From Pseudobdellovibrionaceae bacterium (lineage in GTDB: Bacteria > Bdellovibrionota > Bdellovibrionia > Bdellovibrionales > UBA1609), in the NCBI GenBank assembly GCA_030591685.1, contig JAUVAX010000014.1:1-57368 (forward strand): DNA of 57,368 nucleotides, read 5' to 3'. Positions 38,716 through 49,581 of this stretch are shown piece after piece. A program made the translations under genes and the position numbers. Within the stretch, counting starts at the first letter, position 1, and each line of letters begins with the position of its first letter. Under the pieces are notes generated by a model that saw nothing but the letters and a program-made list of their open reading frames with translations, was not told where the DNA came from and did not search any database.

Positions 38716-40995
38716 TTGTTAAGCAAATCTCTTGAGACCATTTTAAATTCAGCTGTTGAGCAGGCCAAGATTTGGGGGCATGAGTATGTCAGCCTTGAGC
38801 ATATACTTTTAAGCCTATGTGACGACAAAACCATTGAAGATATTTTTATTGCCACAGGCGTTAAAAGAGATGAGTTAAAAAAAAATCTCACCACTTACTT
38901 AACAAAAAGTTACTCAAACTCGTTGCCCTCTACTGAGTCGGGCACACAAATAGACTGGCGACCAGAGCTCACCCTTGCCTTTCAAAGGCTCTTACAGCGC
39001 TCGGCTATACAGGTACAAAGCAGTGGCAATGACCTTGTTGAGCCTGAGCATGTTTTAATTGCGCTCTACTATGAGGCCCAATCACATGCTATTTATTACC
39101 TTAATCAGCAGGGGTTGAGCCAATTTGATGTCATCCAATACATCTCTCACGGCATAGAAAAGTACGACGAAGAAACCCCTGACGACGAAGAAACCCTCGC
39201 CATCGACGGACTCCCTAAAGAGTCACAGGCAAACCCCCAAAAAGACCCCCTTGAGGCCTATACTGAAAACTTAAATTTAAAAGCCAAGCAGGGCCTTGTT
39301 GACCCTCTCATTGGGCGAGAAAACGTCATTGAAAGAACTTTACAAATTTTAGCCAGGCGCACTAAAAACAACCCCCTACTTGTGGGTGAACCGGGCGTTG
39401 GTAAAACGGCCATCGCCGAGGGGCTCGCCGCTTCTATTGTTAATGGGGATGTCCCTGAAAACCTCAGTCAATCCGTGGTGTATTCACTTGATTTAGGGGC
39501 CCTACTTGCGGGGACAAAATATCGTGGTGACTTTGAGGGGCGCTTTAAAGCTGTAATAAAAGCTTTAAAGAGTCAAAAAAATAGTATTTTATTTATCGAT
39601 GAAATACACACGGTTGTAGGGGCAGGAAGCACCTCGGGAGGGTCTATGGACGCCTCTAACCTATTAAAACCCATCCTTGCTGATGGAGCCTTAAGCTGTA
39701 TTGGGTCTACGACATATAAAGAGTTTCGAAACCACTTTGAAAAGGACCCGGCGCTTTCAAGACGGTTTCAAAAAATAGATGTTTTAGAGCCCACAAAAAA
39801 CCAGGCCATTAAAATTTTAAGTGGTTTAAAAAAATATTATGAAGACTTTCACAAGGTTAAATACTCAGCCCCAGCACTTAAGGCGGCTGTAGACCTTAGT
39901 GTGAAGCACCTGCATGGCCGGTTTCTACCCGATAAGGCCATAGATGTAATTGATGAAGCAGGCGCTCGGGTAAGACTGGCCTCAAAAGATACTAAAGTAA
40001 AAAATATTGGAGTCACTGATATTGAAAAAATAATCTCTTCGATGGCTCAAATACCCACTAAAACAGTTTCCACCTCTGACAAAAAAAACCTCATGAACAT
40101 GGATGGTGATTTAAAACGAGTTATTTTTGGCCAAGATGATGCCGTTGAAAGGCTCACTACCTCTATAAAACTCAACCGAACAGGTATTGGTAACGAACAA
40201 AAACCCACAGGAAGCTACTTTTTTGCCGGCCCCACAGGGGTGGGTAAAACAGAGTTAGCCAAGCAGTTAGCTTTACAGTTAGGGGTTAAATTTTTGCGCT
40301 TTGATATGAGTGAGTACATGGAAAAGCACACCGTTTCAAGGCTTGTAGGGGCCCCCCCAGGATATGTGGGGTTTGACGAAGGGGGCTTACTTACTGAAGC
40401 GGTCATCAAACACCCCTACTCTGTAGTTTTACTCGATGAAATTGAAAAGGCCCACCAAGATTTATTAAACCTTCTTTTACAGGTTATGGATAGTGGCACA
40501 TTAACAGACTCTAACGGAAACATCGCTGACTTTAAAAATGTTATTTTAATTATGACCAGCAATGCGGGAGCCTTTGAGGTCAGTAAAGGCTCTATCGGCA
40601 TTCAAGAGCAAGAGTCTTCAGGTAAATCAATGGAGGCTATTAAAAAAAGTTTTAGACCCGAGTTTTTAAACCGTTTAGATGCCATTGTTGAGTTTAAATC
40701 TTTAAAAAAACCTCAACTCGTCAGTGTTATCGAAAAATTTATTATACAACTAAAAACTCAGCTAGAAAAAAAGAAAATTCATTTAACAGTTACAAGTAAA
40801 GCTATTGAATGGCTTTATAACAAAGGTCATAACCCCGCCTACGGGGCCCGTCCCTTTGAGCGAACAGTGACTGAGTATCTAAAAAAGCCACTTGTTGATG
40901 ATATTCTTTTTGGAGCCCTATCAAAAGGCGGCGAAGTTACTTTTGATGACAGTGGCGACAAAAAGCAACTTAAGTTTAAAATAAAAAAGCCTTAA
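38716..40995 (+). CDS. clpA: ATP-dependent Clp protease ATPase ClpA
   Basis: GEPGVGKT, GPTGVGKT, RFDMSEYMEKH, GAPPGYVG; follows clpS; TTG start after AAGGGG. Confidence 0.95.
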   Translation: MLSKSLETILNSAVEQAKIWGHEYVSLEHILLSLCDDKTIEDIFIATGVKRDELKKNLTTYLTKSYSNSLPSTESGTQIDWRPELTLAFQRLLQRSAIQVQSSGNDLVEPEHVLIALYYEAQSHAIYYLNQQGLSQFDVIQYISHGIEKYDEETPDDEETLAIDGLPKESQANPQKDPLEAYTENLNLKAKQGLVDPLIGRENVIERTLQILARRTKNNPLLVGEPGVGKTAIAEGLAASIVNGDVPENLSQSVVYSLDLGALLAGTKYRGDFEGRFKAVIKALKSQKNSILFIDEIHTVVGAGSTSGGSMDASNLLKPILADGALSCIGSTTYKEFRNHFEKDPALSRRFQKIDVLEPTKNQAIKILSGLKKYYEDFHKVKYSAPALKAAVDLSVKHLHGRFLPDKAIDVIDEAGARVRLASKDTKVKNIGVTDIEKIISSMAQIPTKTVSTSDKKNLMNMDGDLKRVIFGQDDAVERLTTSIKLNRTGIGNEQKPTGSYFFAGPTGVGKTELAKQLALQLGVKFLRFDMSEYMEKHTVSRLVGAPPGYVGFDEGGLLTEAVIKHPYSVVLLDEIEKAHQDLLNLLLQVMDSGTLTDSNGNIADFKNVILIMTSNAGAFEVSKGSIGIQEQESSGKSMEAIKKSFRPEFLNRLDAIVEFKSLKKPQLVSVIEKFIIQLKTQLEKKKIHLTVTSKAIEWLYNKGHNPAYGARPFERTVTEYLKKPLVDDILFGALSKGGEVTFDDSGDKKQLKFKIKKP

Positions 40996-41024
40996 GCTAA
41001 TGAGTGTGCGAATCCATTTTTTTG

Positions 41025-42917
41025 TTATTTCTCAAAGCGCGTAGCAATTGAGCTTCTCAGTGGCCCAGAGCTGTATTCAATAATATCAGATAATATATTG
41101 TAGGCTTTGTTTTTAATTTTTGCCACTTTGGTTTTGCCATTTAAATCTACCGGTAACACGTTGCGAACTCGCATTTGGGCTTTAAGGTACTGAACCATGT
41201 CTTTAAACCGTACATCACGCATCCATTTGTAGTTAGCATCATACTCGAAATCTATTTTGTCTGGTTTTTTTAATGCAAAAGGAAGGGCCTTTTCTAATAA
41301 CCTCTTAGTTTGAGTTTTAAGTTCAGGTAAAACTAAGTGTGACTTAACGCCATCAAACTGCACTGAGCTGCCGTCAGGTAAATAATAAAAGCCTACTGTT
41401 AATTTCATGGCCCCTTTTATCTGTATTCTCTTATTTAAAACAGACTCTACAGTGCCGATTTCTTGAATGGTCCCCTTGCCGTAGGTTTGCTGACTCCCTA
41501 CGATGACCGCTCGATTAAATGTTTTTAAACTACCGGCTAATATTTCTGAGGCACTTGCCGAGAGCTCATCTACTAAAATCACTAACGGGCCATCAAACAA
41601 ACTCACCCCATCCCTATCTGCATGGATCTGCACCCCGTTACCTACAGTGCCCACCTCTATTGTAATTGGGGCAGAGGTTAAAAATAAGCCGGCGATTTTA
41701 ACAACTTCGCTTAATACCCCACCTCCATTGCCTCTGATATCAATGATCAAACCCTCTAAATTTCTGGCCTTAAACTTACGAAGTAAAGAAACGACCTCTC
41801 CTGAAACCCCAGGAGATCCGGAATTACCGGTATAAAAATGATTGAGTTTAATGTAGCCCATTTTTTGACCACGATAACTAATGAGCTCGCTTTTTATTTC
41901 AGCCTGCTTAGTTTTTACGTACTCTCTAACAATGCTCACTTGTCTTGAAGTTTTATTTGAGTCTAATACCTTTAAAAAAACAGGGGTACCTTGAGGGCCT
42001 GAAAGCAACCTTGCCAATAAGGGCCTGCGTGCGCCCATTATGTTTATCCCATTCACTTCAACAATGACATCCCCAACATTAAGCTTATTTTGAGTTTTTG
42101 CCGGGCCACCCTCAACGAGCTCTACAACTTTAAACCCAACGCCCACTTCAGTCACTACTATACCGACCCCTACAAAGGACGAAGTCAGGGATTGAATCAC
42201 CTCTTTAAACTCGTCTCCACTATAAAACTGACTGTGAGCATCTAAAACATAAAGCACTGATTTAGAGATTTCACTTTTAGTTTTCTCTAAATTATTTAAC
42301 TCATTGACCTTTATTTGTCTTTTAAATACGCGCTTTGCGACTATAAGGGCTTCTTTTTTGGTCTCTGTGTATTTTTTAATATCTTTATAGCCAGTTAAAA
42401 TAGCCCACATTATGTTTTCTTTTAAAGAGTTTGTATTTTTAGCCCAATTATTTTTGTCCTTATGTTTTTTAATAAAAATCTTTAAAGACTTATCCGTTTT
42501 AGCAATGATCTCTAGCTCAGTGTCTTTAATTTCAGAGGTCAGCTTTCTTAGCCGAACCATGGCCTTATTAAATTTAGCTATAGCTTTGTAAAATGAATAA
42601 CATGTTTGCTGTGGTTTGATGTTTAACCACTGGTTTATAAAATTTGATTTTTTTAGCTCATCGACCTCTGATTGCAAAAATACAACTCTCATAGGGTCAA
42701 GCTCATATACAAACACATCAAAGGCTTTATTATAGAGCTTATCAATAGAGGGTTTATTATCCTCCAAAAGTGTACTGACGTGCTTGCTTTGCAGGTTAAG
42801 GTAAAAGCCCTCAAGCTCATGACACACCCCTAACTCTGACACAGGGTAATCAGCGGGCAGCATATTAAATGTTGTCACACCCATTAAAAACACAGTTAAT
42901 GTTAAAAATACTCGCAT
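41025..42917 (-). CDS. carboxy-terminal processing protease (S41, Prc-like, PDZ)
   Basis: LDAHSQF, GVGIV (PDZ), IDIRGNGGG, SASASEILAG, TYGKGTIQ. Confidence 0.9.
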   Translation of the reverse strand: MRVFLTLTVFLMGVTTFNMLPADYPVSELGVCHELEGFYLNLQSKHVSTLLEDNKPSIDKLYNKAFDVFVYELDPMRVVFLQSEVDELKKSNFINQWLNIKPQQTCYSFYKAIAKFNKAMVRLRKLTSEIKDTELEIIAKTDKSLKIFIKKHKDKNNWAKNTNSLKENIMWAILTGYKDIKKYTETKKEALIVAKRVFKRQIKVNELNNLEKTKSEISKSVLYVLDAHSQFYSGDEFKEVIQSLTSSFVGVGIVVTEVGVGFKVVELVEGGPAKTQNKLNVGDVIVEVNGINIMGARRPLLARLLSGPQGTPVFLKVLDSNKTSRQVSIVREYVKTKQAEIKSELISYRGQKMGYIKLNHFYTGNSGSPGVSGEVVSLLRKFKARNLEGLIIDIRGNGGGVLSEVVKIAGLFLTSAPITIEVGTVGNGVQIHADRDGVSLFDGPLVILVDELSASASEILAGSLKTFNRAVIVGSQQTYGKGTIQEIGTVESVLNKRIQIKGAMKLTVGFYYLPDGSSVQFDGVKSHLVLPELKTQTKRLLEKALPFALKKPDKIDFEYDANYKWMRDVRFKDMVQYLKAQMRVRNVLPVDLNGKTKVAKIKNKAYNILSDIIEYSSGPLRSSIATRFEK

Positions 42918-43120
42918 ACAGTAAACGCTCCCGAAGAGTTAATGCTACAACTCCTATTACAATCAACATACCAAGCCTCAGCAAAAGCCAGAGCTGACTT
43001 AGCAGTGTTTTTAGGTAGTTAGGAGGGTAAATTCTATAATATGAGTGACACTTTAGGCCCGCCTCATCTCGGTTTATTTTTCAAAACTAAAGCCGTCTAA
43101 GGCAAGCTTAAGAGATAACT

Positions 43121-44694
43121 TTAAGAGGCGAGTTGGCCTGCCTCTAGCAGGTAGGGCTTAAAGTGCTCTGGTGTTGTTTGATCTTCTAAGAGTGCCCCTG
43201 TGGCCACTTTAGGATAGACTTGCGCGAAGGTCTTTACTTTACTGTCTGTTAAGCGCCTATAAACGTCGGCTCGTTTAACTTGTTCAGGCTTATCATACCC
43301 CATCGCCCCTAAAATCTGAGCAAAGGCATGGATAGTGGCCTTATGATACCTTGAGACTCTTATATATTTATCTTGCACAACAAGCCCTCTATTTAATTCA
43401 GGGTCCGTTGTCGCCACCCCGGCGGGACACTTGTTCGTGTTACACGTTAAGGCATGGATACAGCCAAGAGCCAACATCATCCCCCGAGCTGAATTAACAA
43501 CATCAGCCCCTAAGGAGAGAGTCCTTAACACATGAAAGGCCGTAAATATTTTACCGGCAGCAATGATTTTAATTTCTTTTTTTAAATTAAACCCCACTAA
43601 ACAGTCTCGCACAAAAGTGAGGCCGTCCACTAAGGGCATACCGACAGAGTTTATAAACTCTAAAGGGGCGGCTCCGGTGCCGCCCTCGCCTCCGTCTACG
43701 GTGATAAAATCTGGGGTTATACCCATCTCCACCATTGTTGTGCATAGTGCGACAAACTCACTTTTACGGCCAATGCAGAATTTTATACCTATGGGTTTAG
43801 CACCACTAAGCTGCCTTAACTGATCAATAAATAAGAGCATCTCTTTGTTTGTTTTAAAAGCCGTATACCCTGGGGGTGAAACTATTGTTTCTCCCGCCTT
43901 CACGCCGCGAATTTTGGCAATCTGTGGGGTAACCTTCTCCCCTGGCAAGATGCCTCCCTTACCAGGCTTAGCGCCTTGAGACAGTTTTATCTCGATCATT
44001 TTTACTTCTTTTAACCGAGCGCTTTCTTTAAAGGCGTCGGGGCAAAAGTCCCCTGCTTGAGTACGGCAACCAAAGTAAGCCGTACCGATTTGCCAAACTA
44101 AGTCGGCCCCTTGTAAGTGGTACTCACTAATGCCCCCCTCACCGGTATTATGGTAAAAGCCCCCTTCGAGGGCCCCTTTATTTAAAGCTTTAATGGCGTT
44201 TTTACCTAAAGATCCATAGCTCATAGCTGATATATTTAAAAGACTTGCACTGTAAGGTTGAGAGCAGGCGGAGCCCCCGATGGTCACCCGCATATCTTTA
44301 TCTTCAACTGTTTTTGGGTGCATTGAGTGAGTCACCCACTCGTGATCAGCAGCCTCTACATCTTTCATGGTGCCAAAGGCTTTTGTATTCATTTGCCCTT
44401 TAGCCCTCTGATACACGACACTTCTGAACTCTCTTGGGATGGGGCGGCCGTTTAAATCTGACTCTACAAAGTACTGTTGAAGCTCTGGCCTTATTTTTTC
44501 AAAAAGATACCTAAAATTACCAATAACTGGGAAGTTCCTACGGATGCCTCTTTTTTTTGTATTATATCCAGTACACCGATTAAAAATATAGGCGCTGAAA
44601 CCCAGGTTGTTACATAAAAGGCCGGCCAAAAGTGGCCTACAAATGCAGTCATTATAAAAACAACAATTGAAATGGCATAAAATTGATAACGCAT
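43121..44694 (-). CDS. FMN-binding glutamate synthase family protein, split by a frameshift in an A8 run (44551-44558)
   Basis: NISAMSYGSL, NTGEGG, EIKLSQGAKPGKGG, DGGEGGTGAAP, GCIHALTCNTNKCP. The N-terminal TM region is in another frame (ORF 44491-44694). Confidence 0.85.
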
Positions 44695-44864
44695 TAAATC
44701 ACCTTGTTTTTTATATATAGCACTAAGACCCTCTTGACATTAAAATCTAAGTACACAAGATATAAATCGGAGTTTAGCTTTGCGCTTTTAAGTTTTTTCT
44801 TTAAAGTTAACTACTTAAACACGCCTTAGCTCGACTAAAAGACAGTCTCGATGGAGGACTTATT

Positions 44865-45752
44865 ATGAGTGCAGCGCCTAAGCGAATATTTTTCTTTTTA
44901 CTTGTGAACTTTTTAGTATTCACTACCTTAAACATCTCATTTGTGATTATCACACAATTTTTTGGTTATGAGGCCGCTAGCGAATACCAAGGGCTTTTAA
45001 TTTGGGCTGTTGTCATTGGCATGGGCGGGTCTATGTTTTCATTATTTGCCTCTAAGTTTTTAGCAAAAATGAGCATGGGGGTTAAAATTATTGACCCACA
45101 ATCTATGGACTCCAACGAACGAAGACTCACTGAACGAATCCATCAATTTGCCCGACAGGCCGGATTAAGAAAAATGCCTGAAGTAGGGGTTTACGATAGC
45201 CCTGAAATTAATGCCTTTGCCACTGGGCCAAGTAAAAATAACTCTTTAGTTGCTGTGTCTTCGGGTATTTTAACCGCTTTAGATAACGATGAGCTCGACG
45301 GAGTCCTCGCTCATGAAGTTTCGCACATTGCAAATGGTGACATGGTAACAATGACCTTAATCCAAGGGATTATTAATACTCTGGTATTTTTTATTGCACG
45401 CATTATTGCACGAGTGATCCTACAAGACTCTAACAGCAGAGGCTTTGGGACTTATTTTATGGTCATTATGGGTTTACAAATAGTTTTAAGTTTATTGGGA
45501 TCAATAGTAGTTAATTATTTTTCTCGTTGGAGAGAGTTTCGCGCCGACGCTGGGAGTGCTAAAATTGCCGGTCGAGACAAAATGATTAAAGCCCTTCAAA
45601 GGTTACAGCAAAATACAGACCTCATTGACTCTTCTCACGAGTCTATGGCTTCTTTAAAAATCTCTAATAAACCGGGAGGCTTAATGGCTATGTTATTTAG
45701 CACACACCCCCCGCTTGAAGACCGAATTAAGCGTTTACAAACAGGTCGTTAA
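44865..45752 (+). CDS. htpX: membrane zinc protease HtpX
   Basis: NAFATG, AHEVSHIANGDMVT, SRWREFRAD, STHPPLEDRI. Confidence 0.96.
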   Translation: MSAAPKRIFFFLLVNFLVFTTLNISFVIITQFFGYEAASEYQGLLIWAVVIGMGGSMFSLFASKFLAKMSMGVKIIDPQSMDSNERRLTERIHQFARQAGLRKMPEVGVYDSPEINAFATGPSKNNSLVAVSSGILTALDNDELDGVLAHEVSHIANGDMVTMTLIQGIINTLVFFIARIIARVILQDSNSRGFGTYFMVIMGLQIVLSLLGSIVVNYFSRWREFRADAGSAKIAGRDKMIKALQRLQQNTDLIDSSHESMASLKISNKPGGLMAMLFSTHPPLEDRIKRLQTGR

Positions 45753-45788
45753 AAAAAAAAGCCTAAGATCTCAGTCTTAGGCTTTTTT
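45751..45788. terminator. bidirectional terminator
   Basis: A-run, agcctaagat-ctca-gtcttaggct, T-run. Confidence 0.8.
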
Positions 45789-45811
45789 ACTTCTGTTAAT
45801 ACTTAATAATA

Positions 45812-46984
45812 CTAGTACTTATTGCGATAGTTCCAAAGCAACTGTTGCACATGGTACTCTATCCAAGAAAAGCTATTAACGAGGTCTCTGTTTAAGTAAC
45901 CCGAGTTTACATAAACTTTAGCTTCGTTCATTTTTTCTTCTAAATTAAACAACTCATATAGAGTGTCTCTGTAATTATAGCTATAGCGGTCTAGAGCATC
46001 ATTATAAATTTGTGCTGCCTCAACCATGTCGTAAAAAGCATTAAGTGCTTCATTGTTCCAGGGGCTGTTTTGCCACAGTTCACGCTCTGCTTGCTCGTAA
46101 AAGTTTTGTGAGTGATTTTCTAAGGCCCCTGCGGCTTGGTTGATTTCAGCCCAGCTCCAATATCTATCATAATAAATAGGATAGGGGATGGGTAATATAA
46201 TTCTAAACGAAAACCTTGGCCTAACAGGTGTATAGTAAAGGTAATGGTCCCACCAGCGGTTATGACGATGTTGCCAACGAACATTATCGTGTATGGGCCT
46301 TCTATAGCCTCTTCGAGCTGAACGTCTTTGATACCTTTGCCAGTCATGGCGTAGCTTTCTGTGCTCTACATGGTGTCTTCTTTTGTAGTTCCTTCTCTCG
46401 TGGCGGCGATCATGCCTTTTTTCAGTACGACGCTCAGTTCGCCTGCGATCATGGCGACGTTCATGTCTTTTTTCAGTACGGCGCTCAGTTCGTCTGCGAT
46501 CATGGCGACGCTCATGTCTTTTTTCAGTACGACGCTCAGTTCGTCTGCGATCATGGCGACGCTCATGTCTTTTCTCAGTCCGGCGCTCAGTTCGTTTTCG
46601 TTCACTGCGATGTTTATCTCTTTTTTCAGTACGGCGCTCAGTTCGTTTTCGTTCACTGCGACGCTTATCTCTTTTTTCAGTGCGGCGCTCAGTTCGTTTT
46701 CGTTCACTGCGACGCTTATCTCTTTTTTCAGTGCGATGCTTAGCTTTCTTTTTTGGACGCGGCTGTTTTTTTTCAGCCTTACGGGCCTTCTTTGAACGCT
46801 TTGTTTTTTGCTTTCCTTTATTTTGCTTTTTATTTCTATCCCGCTGCTTCATCTCCTCTGAACGGTTAGGCGCGGCATTGGCCACAGTGACACCAGAAAA
46901 ATCTACTGGCACCCCTAATTGCACCAGTAAAAGCATCACTAATGCTCGCTTAAAAGGCATTATGCTCTTTATAAGTGGTTTCAT
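45812..46984 (-). CDS. secreted protein with Arg/His/Glu-rich 17-aa repeats and an aromatic helical C-terminal domain
   Basis: Signal-like N-terminus ending ANA; GGGGAG RBS; tandem repeats. Confidence 0.75.
   Translation of the reverse strand: MKPLIKSIMPFKRALVMLLLVQLGVPVDFSGVTVANAAPNRSEEMKQRDRNKKQNKGKQKTKRSKKARKAEKKQPRPKKKAKHRTEKRDKRRSERKRTERRTEKRDKRRSERKRTERRTEKRDKHRSERKRTERRTEKRHERRHDRRRTERRTEKRHERRHDRRRTERRTEKRHERRHDRRRTERRTEKRHDRRHERRNYKRRHHVEHRKLRHDWQRYQRRSARRGYRRPIHDNVRWQHRHNRWWDHYLYYTPVRPRFSFRIILPIPYPIYYDRYWSWAEINQAAGALENHSQNFYEQAERELWQNSPWNNEALNAFYDMVEAAQIYNDALDRYSYNYRDTLYELFNLEEKMNEAKVYVNSGYLNRDLVNSFSWIEYHVQQLLWNYRNKY
46390..46738 (-). repeat. 51-bp coding tandem repeat, about 7 units in two subtypes
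   Basis: RRTEKRDKRRSERKRTE x3, then RRTEKRHERRHDRRRTE x3 plus a partial unit. Confidence 0.9.
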
Positions 46985-47035
46985 CTCTCCCCCTTTAAAA
47001 TAAATTAGTCATTTTGACTCTTTGGACCTTTGTAT

Positions 47036-47051
47036 AGCAAAACCAAGGCCA
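47036..47051 (-). promoter_or_regulatory. sigma-54 promoter of the repeat-protein gene
   Basis: Minus strand TGGCCT-TGGTT-TTGCT. Confidence 0.6.
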
Positions 47052-47232
47052 ACATTTTTAAATGGGTTACAAAAAGTGTAAGACACTAAATGATGCGCTG
47101 CGATTTCGCTCTCAACAAAAAAAACTTACGGGGCACCCCTCTCTCATGAGTGATCTGTTTTATTAGCTAGACTAATATTGCGTTCCACTTAAGTTCATTG
47201 AGAACCTTTTGTGAAAGGCCTATAATTTAAAG

Positions 47233-49419
47233 ATGTACGTGATATTAGAGGCCCTTGTTTTATTAAGTTTTTTTATTTTTTTAGCTATCCCTACAGGTGA
47301 TATAACTCAAGAAAGTTTCATATCTACAGCCCCAACAAAACTTGAGCTTAAACAGTGGAAAGAGTCTACGTTTTCACCAACAGCACTGAAAGTTAAAATA
47401 AAAAGCTCTACTGAGCTAAACGAAAAATGGTGGGGTCAGTACAAGCTCGCTCAAATATATTTGAATAAAAATCACCCCAAAAAGGCCTGCCCGCTGTTTT
47501 CAAGCTTAAGTGTTCAGTCAAAGTTTCCGCTTAATAAATTAGCCTCAATTAGGGCTCTAGAGAGTTGTACTCATTATTCAAAGTCATATGGGCTCATACA
47601 AAAAGTAAATCTAAACCAAGTAAGCCCGTGGCTTAAAAACAATGCTGTAGACATCTACTTACAGCATGCAGTGGCTAAAAATGATGATTATGAAATCATG
47701 CAACTCAGTTACGAGAAATCAAAACAAGGTTTGCCAAAAAACAAAAAAATTCAACTTACCTCTGATGCTCTTGAGTTAGCTAAAAAATTATACCAACACA
47801 CTTTTGCAAAAAAAATGGCAGATCGATTGCTCAGGCTACAGTCGGGCTCAAAACCTGGCGTAAAAACGCCCCTAGAGAGGGCTCGATTTTTACTTAAAAG
47901 TAGAAAGTTTAACTTAGCTGAAAAGCAGTATAAAAAAATTATTAAAAATAAACGCTCCAGCTTTATGACCCGCTATAAGGCCTACTGGGGGTTAAGAAAA
48001 AGTGCTAAACTACAACTCAAGACCGACAAATATATAAAAGCCACTGAAGAACTAGCACGGTTTGTAAGGCGCGAGTATTTAAGATATAAATCGCCCTCTA
48101 AATCCCTTATACAACGATTTCATAATACACAAATTACTTTAGCCAGAACTTACTGGACTAAGAATAAAATCAAAAAGGCCAAACGAACACTCAAGACAAC
48201 TCAACAATTATTAAAAAATCGATTTAGCTTAGCTAAGATTATGTTTATTCAAGCACGGATTGCTGAGGAGAAGCAAAAATTCGCCGCCTCAACTTGGTGG
48301 CTTAAGGAATCTTTGAAGCAAAAAAAAATGAGCCAAAGTTTATACGAATCAACCTTGTGGCTTAAAGCCTGGAACCACCGTAAGCTCAGCGAGTACAAAA
48401 AAGCAATACGTGACTTTAATACCCTTCTTAACATCACTAAAGACAGCTCTACAAAACATAGAGCCCAGTATTGGCTCGCTAAAACCTACACATTAACAGA
48501 AAACAGCACAGAGGCTCGCGAGATATTTCAATCTTTAACCCTGACCGATTCGGTTGGGTTTTATGGGCTTCTTGCCGCTCGTGAGCTGGGCAATAACTTA
48601 ACCACGCTCTTACAACAGGGCCCACTGACGGCTGTTCGAGTTAACCTCAATCAATCAGGCCTCATTAAAAATGACTATATAAAATGGCTCTTAGCTGTTG
48701 ATGAGCCCGCTGTTGCTGGCCATTACTTAAAAAATATATCTAAAACAATGCGTAGAAATAATAACGAAGAGCTCAGTGATTGGCTTAATGTTTTTAACTA
48801 CTACTTACAGTCCAAACAGTATCAATCTATGTTTTCAAGCCTAGGACTATTAAAGAAAAAACTGCGGCACCAAATATTAGATCGCAACCCGGAAATATTT
48901 TTCCCTAAACCTTATGGTAAAACTATCCAGTCAGCGGCCAAGAAATTTGGGGTGACCCCCTCCATGCTCTACGCAATTATGCGGCAAGAATCTGCTTTTA
49001 ACCCTAATGCCCGTAGCCATGCTGACGCTTTTGGTCTGATGCAGATGCTCCCTCCGGTGGCAAAATATACAGCCAACCGCTATCGATTGAGTTATCAAAA
49101 ACCCTCAGACCTTTATAAACCTTTCGTAAATATACCCCTTGGTGCTGCTTTTTTAAAAGAGCTTTTTAATAGACATGAGGGGCAGTTTATATTGGCGGTG
49201 GCCTCATATAATGCAAGTGAAAAGGCCATAAGAAATTGGATGCGCACTCGTTACCGTGGGGACTCACTTGAGTTCATCGAGGATATCCCCTACAAAGAAA
49301 CCAAGAGCTATGTGCGCTTAGTGATGCGAAATTTTATATACTACGAAATCCTAAACCAAACCCCCAATTATGTCGCCTTCCCTGAATGGGCCCTCACCCT
49401 CCAAGTAGCCGCTCGGTAA
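47233..49419 (+). CDS. slt: Slt70-like soluble lytic transglycosylase with TPR superhelix
   Basis: AIMRQESAF, AFGLMQML, ASYNA, FIEDIPYKETKSYV. Confidence 0.88.
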   Translation: MYVILEALVLLSFFIFLAIPTGDITQESFISTAPTKLELKQWKESTFSPTALKVKIKSSTELNEKWWGQYKLAQIYLNKNHPKKACPLFSSLSVQSKFPLNKLASIRALESCTHYSKSYGLIQKVNLNQVSPWLKNNAVDIYLQHAVAKNDDYEIMQLSYEKSKQGLPKNKKIQLTSDALELAKKLYQHTFAKKMADRLLRLQSGSKPGVKTPLERARFLLKSRKFNLAEKQYKKIIKNKRSSFMTRYKAYWGLRKSAKLQLKTDKYIKATEELARFVRREYLRYKSPSKSLIQRFHNTQITLARTYWTKNKIKKAKRTLKTTQQLLKNRFSLAKIMFIQARIAEEKQKFAASTWWLKESLKQKKMSQSLYESTLWLKAWNHRKLSEYKKAIRDFNTLLNITKDSSTKHRAQYWLAKTYTLTENSTEAREIFQSLTLTDSVGFYGLLAARELGNNLTTLLQQGPLTAVRVNLNQSGLIKNDYIKWLLAVDEPAVAGHYLKNISKTMRRNNNEELSDWLNVFNYYLQSKQYQSMFSSLGLLKKKLRHQILDRNPEIFFPKPYGKTIQSAAKKFGVTPSMLYAIMRQESAFNPNARSHADAFGLMQMLPPVAKYTANRYRLSYQKPSDLYKPFVNIPLGAAFLKELFNRHEGQFILAVASYNASEKAIRNWMRTRYRGDSLEFIEDIPYKETKSYVRLVMRNFIYYEILNQTPNYVAFPEWALTLQVAAR

Positions 49420-49581
49420 CTACTTTTTTAACATGGCTTAAGTAGAGCCCTAGCACTGTAAAGTGACCTAACACCTCACAGTATCCGCGAAACTAAAGGC
49501 CAGCTTATTTTAACATTGAAGACTCTTTGGCTAAAAGGATTTAAAGATCAAATAAGTCCTAAAATACTCCGATAAATAAAG

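Noticed and set aside
46390..46738. CRISPR array
   Set aside because: Contiguous in-frame tandem units with no unique spacers and no cas genes
46120..47003. Overlapping ORFs in other frames of the repeat gene
   Set aside because: Open frames are a by-product of the stop-free 51-bp repeat
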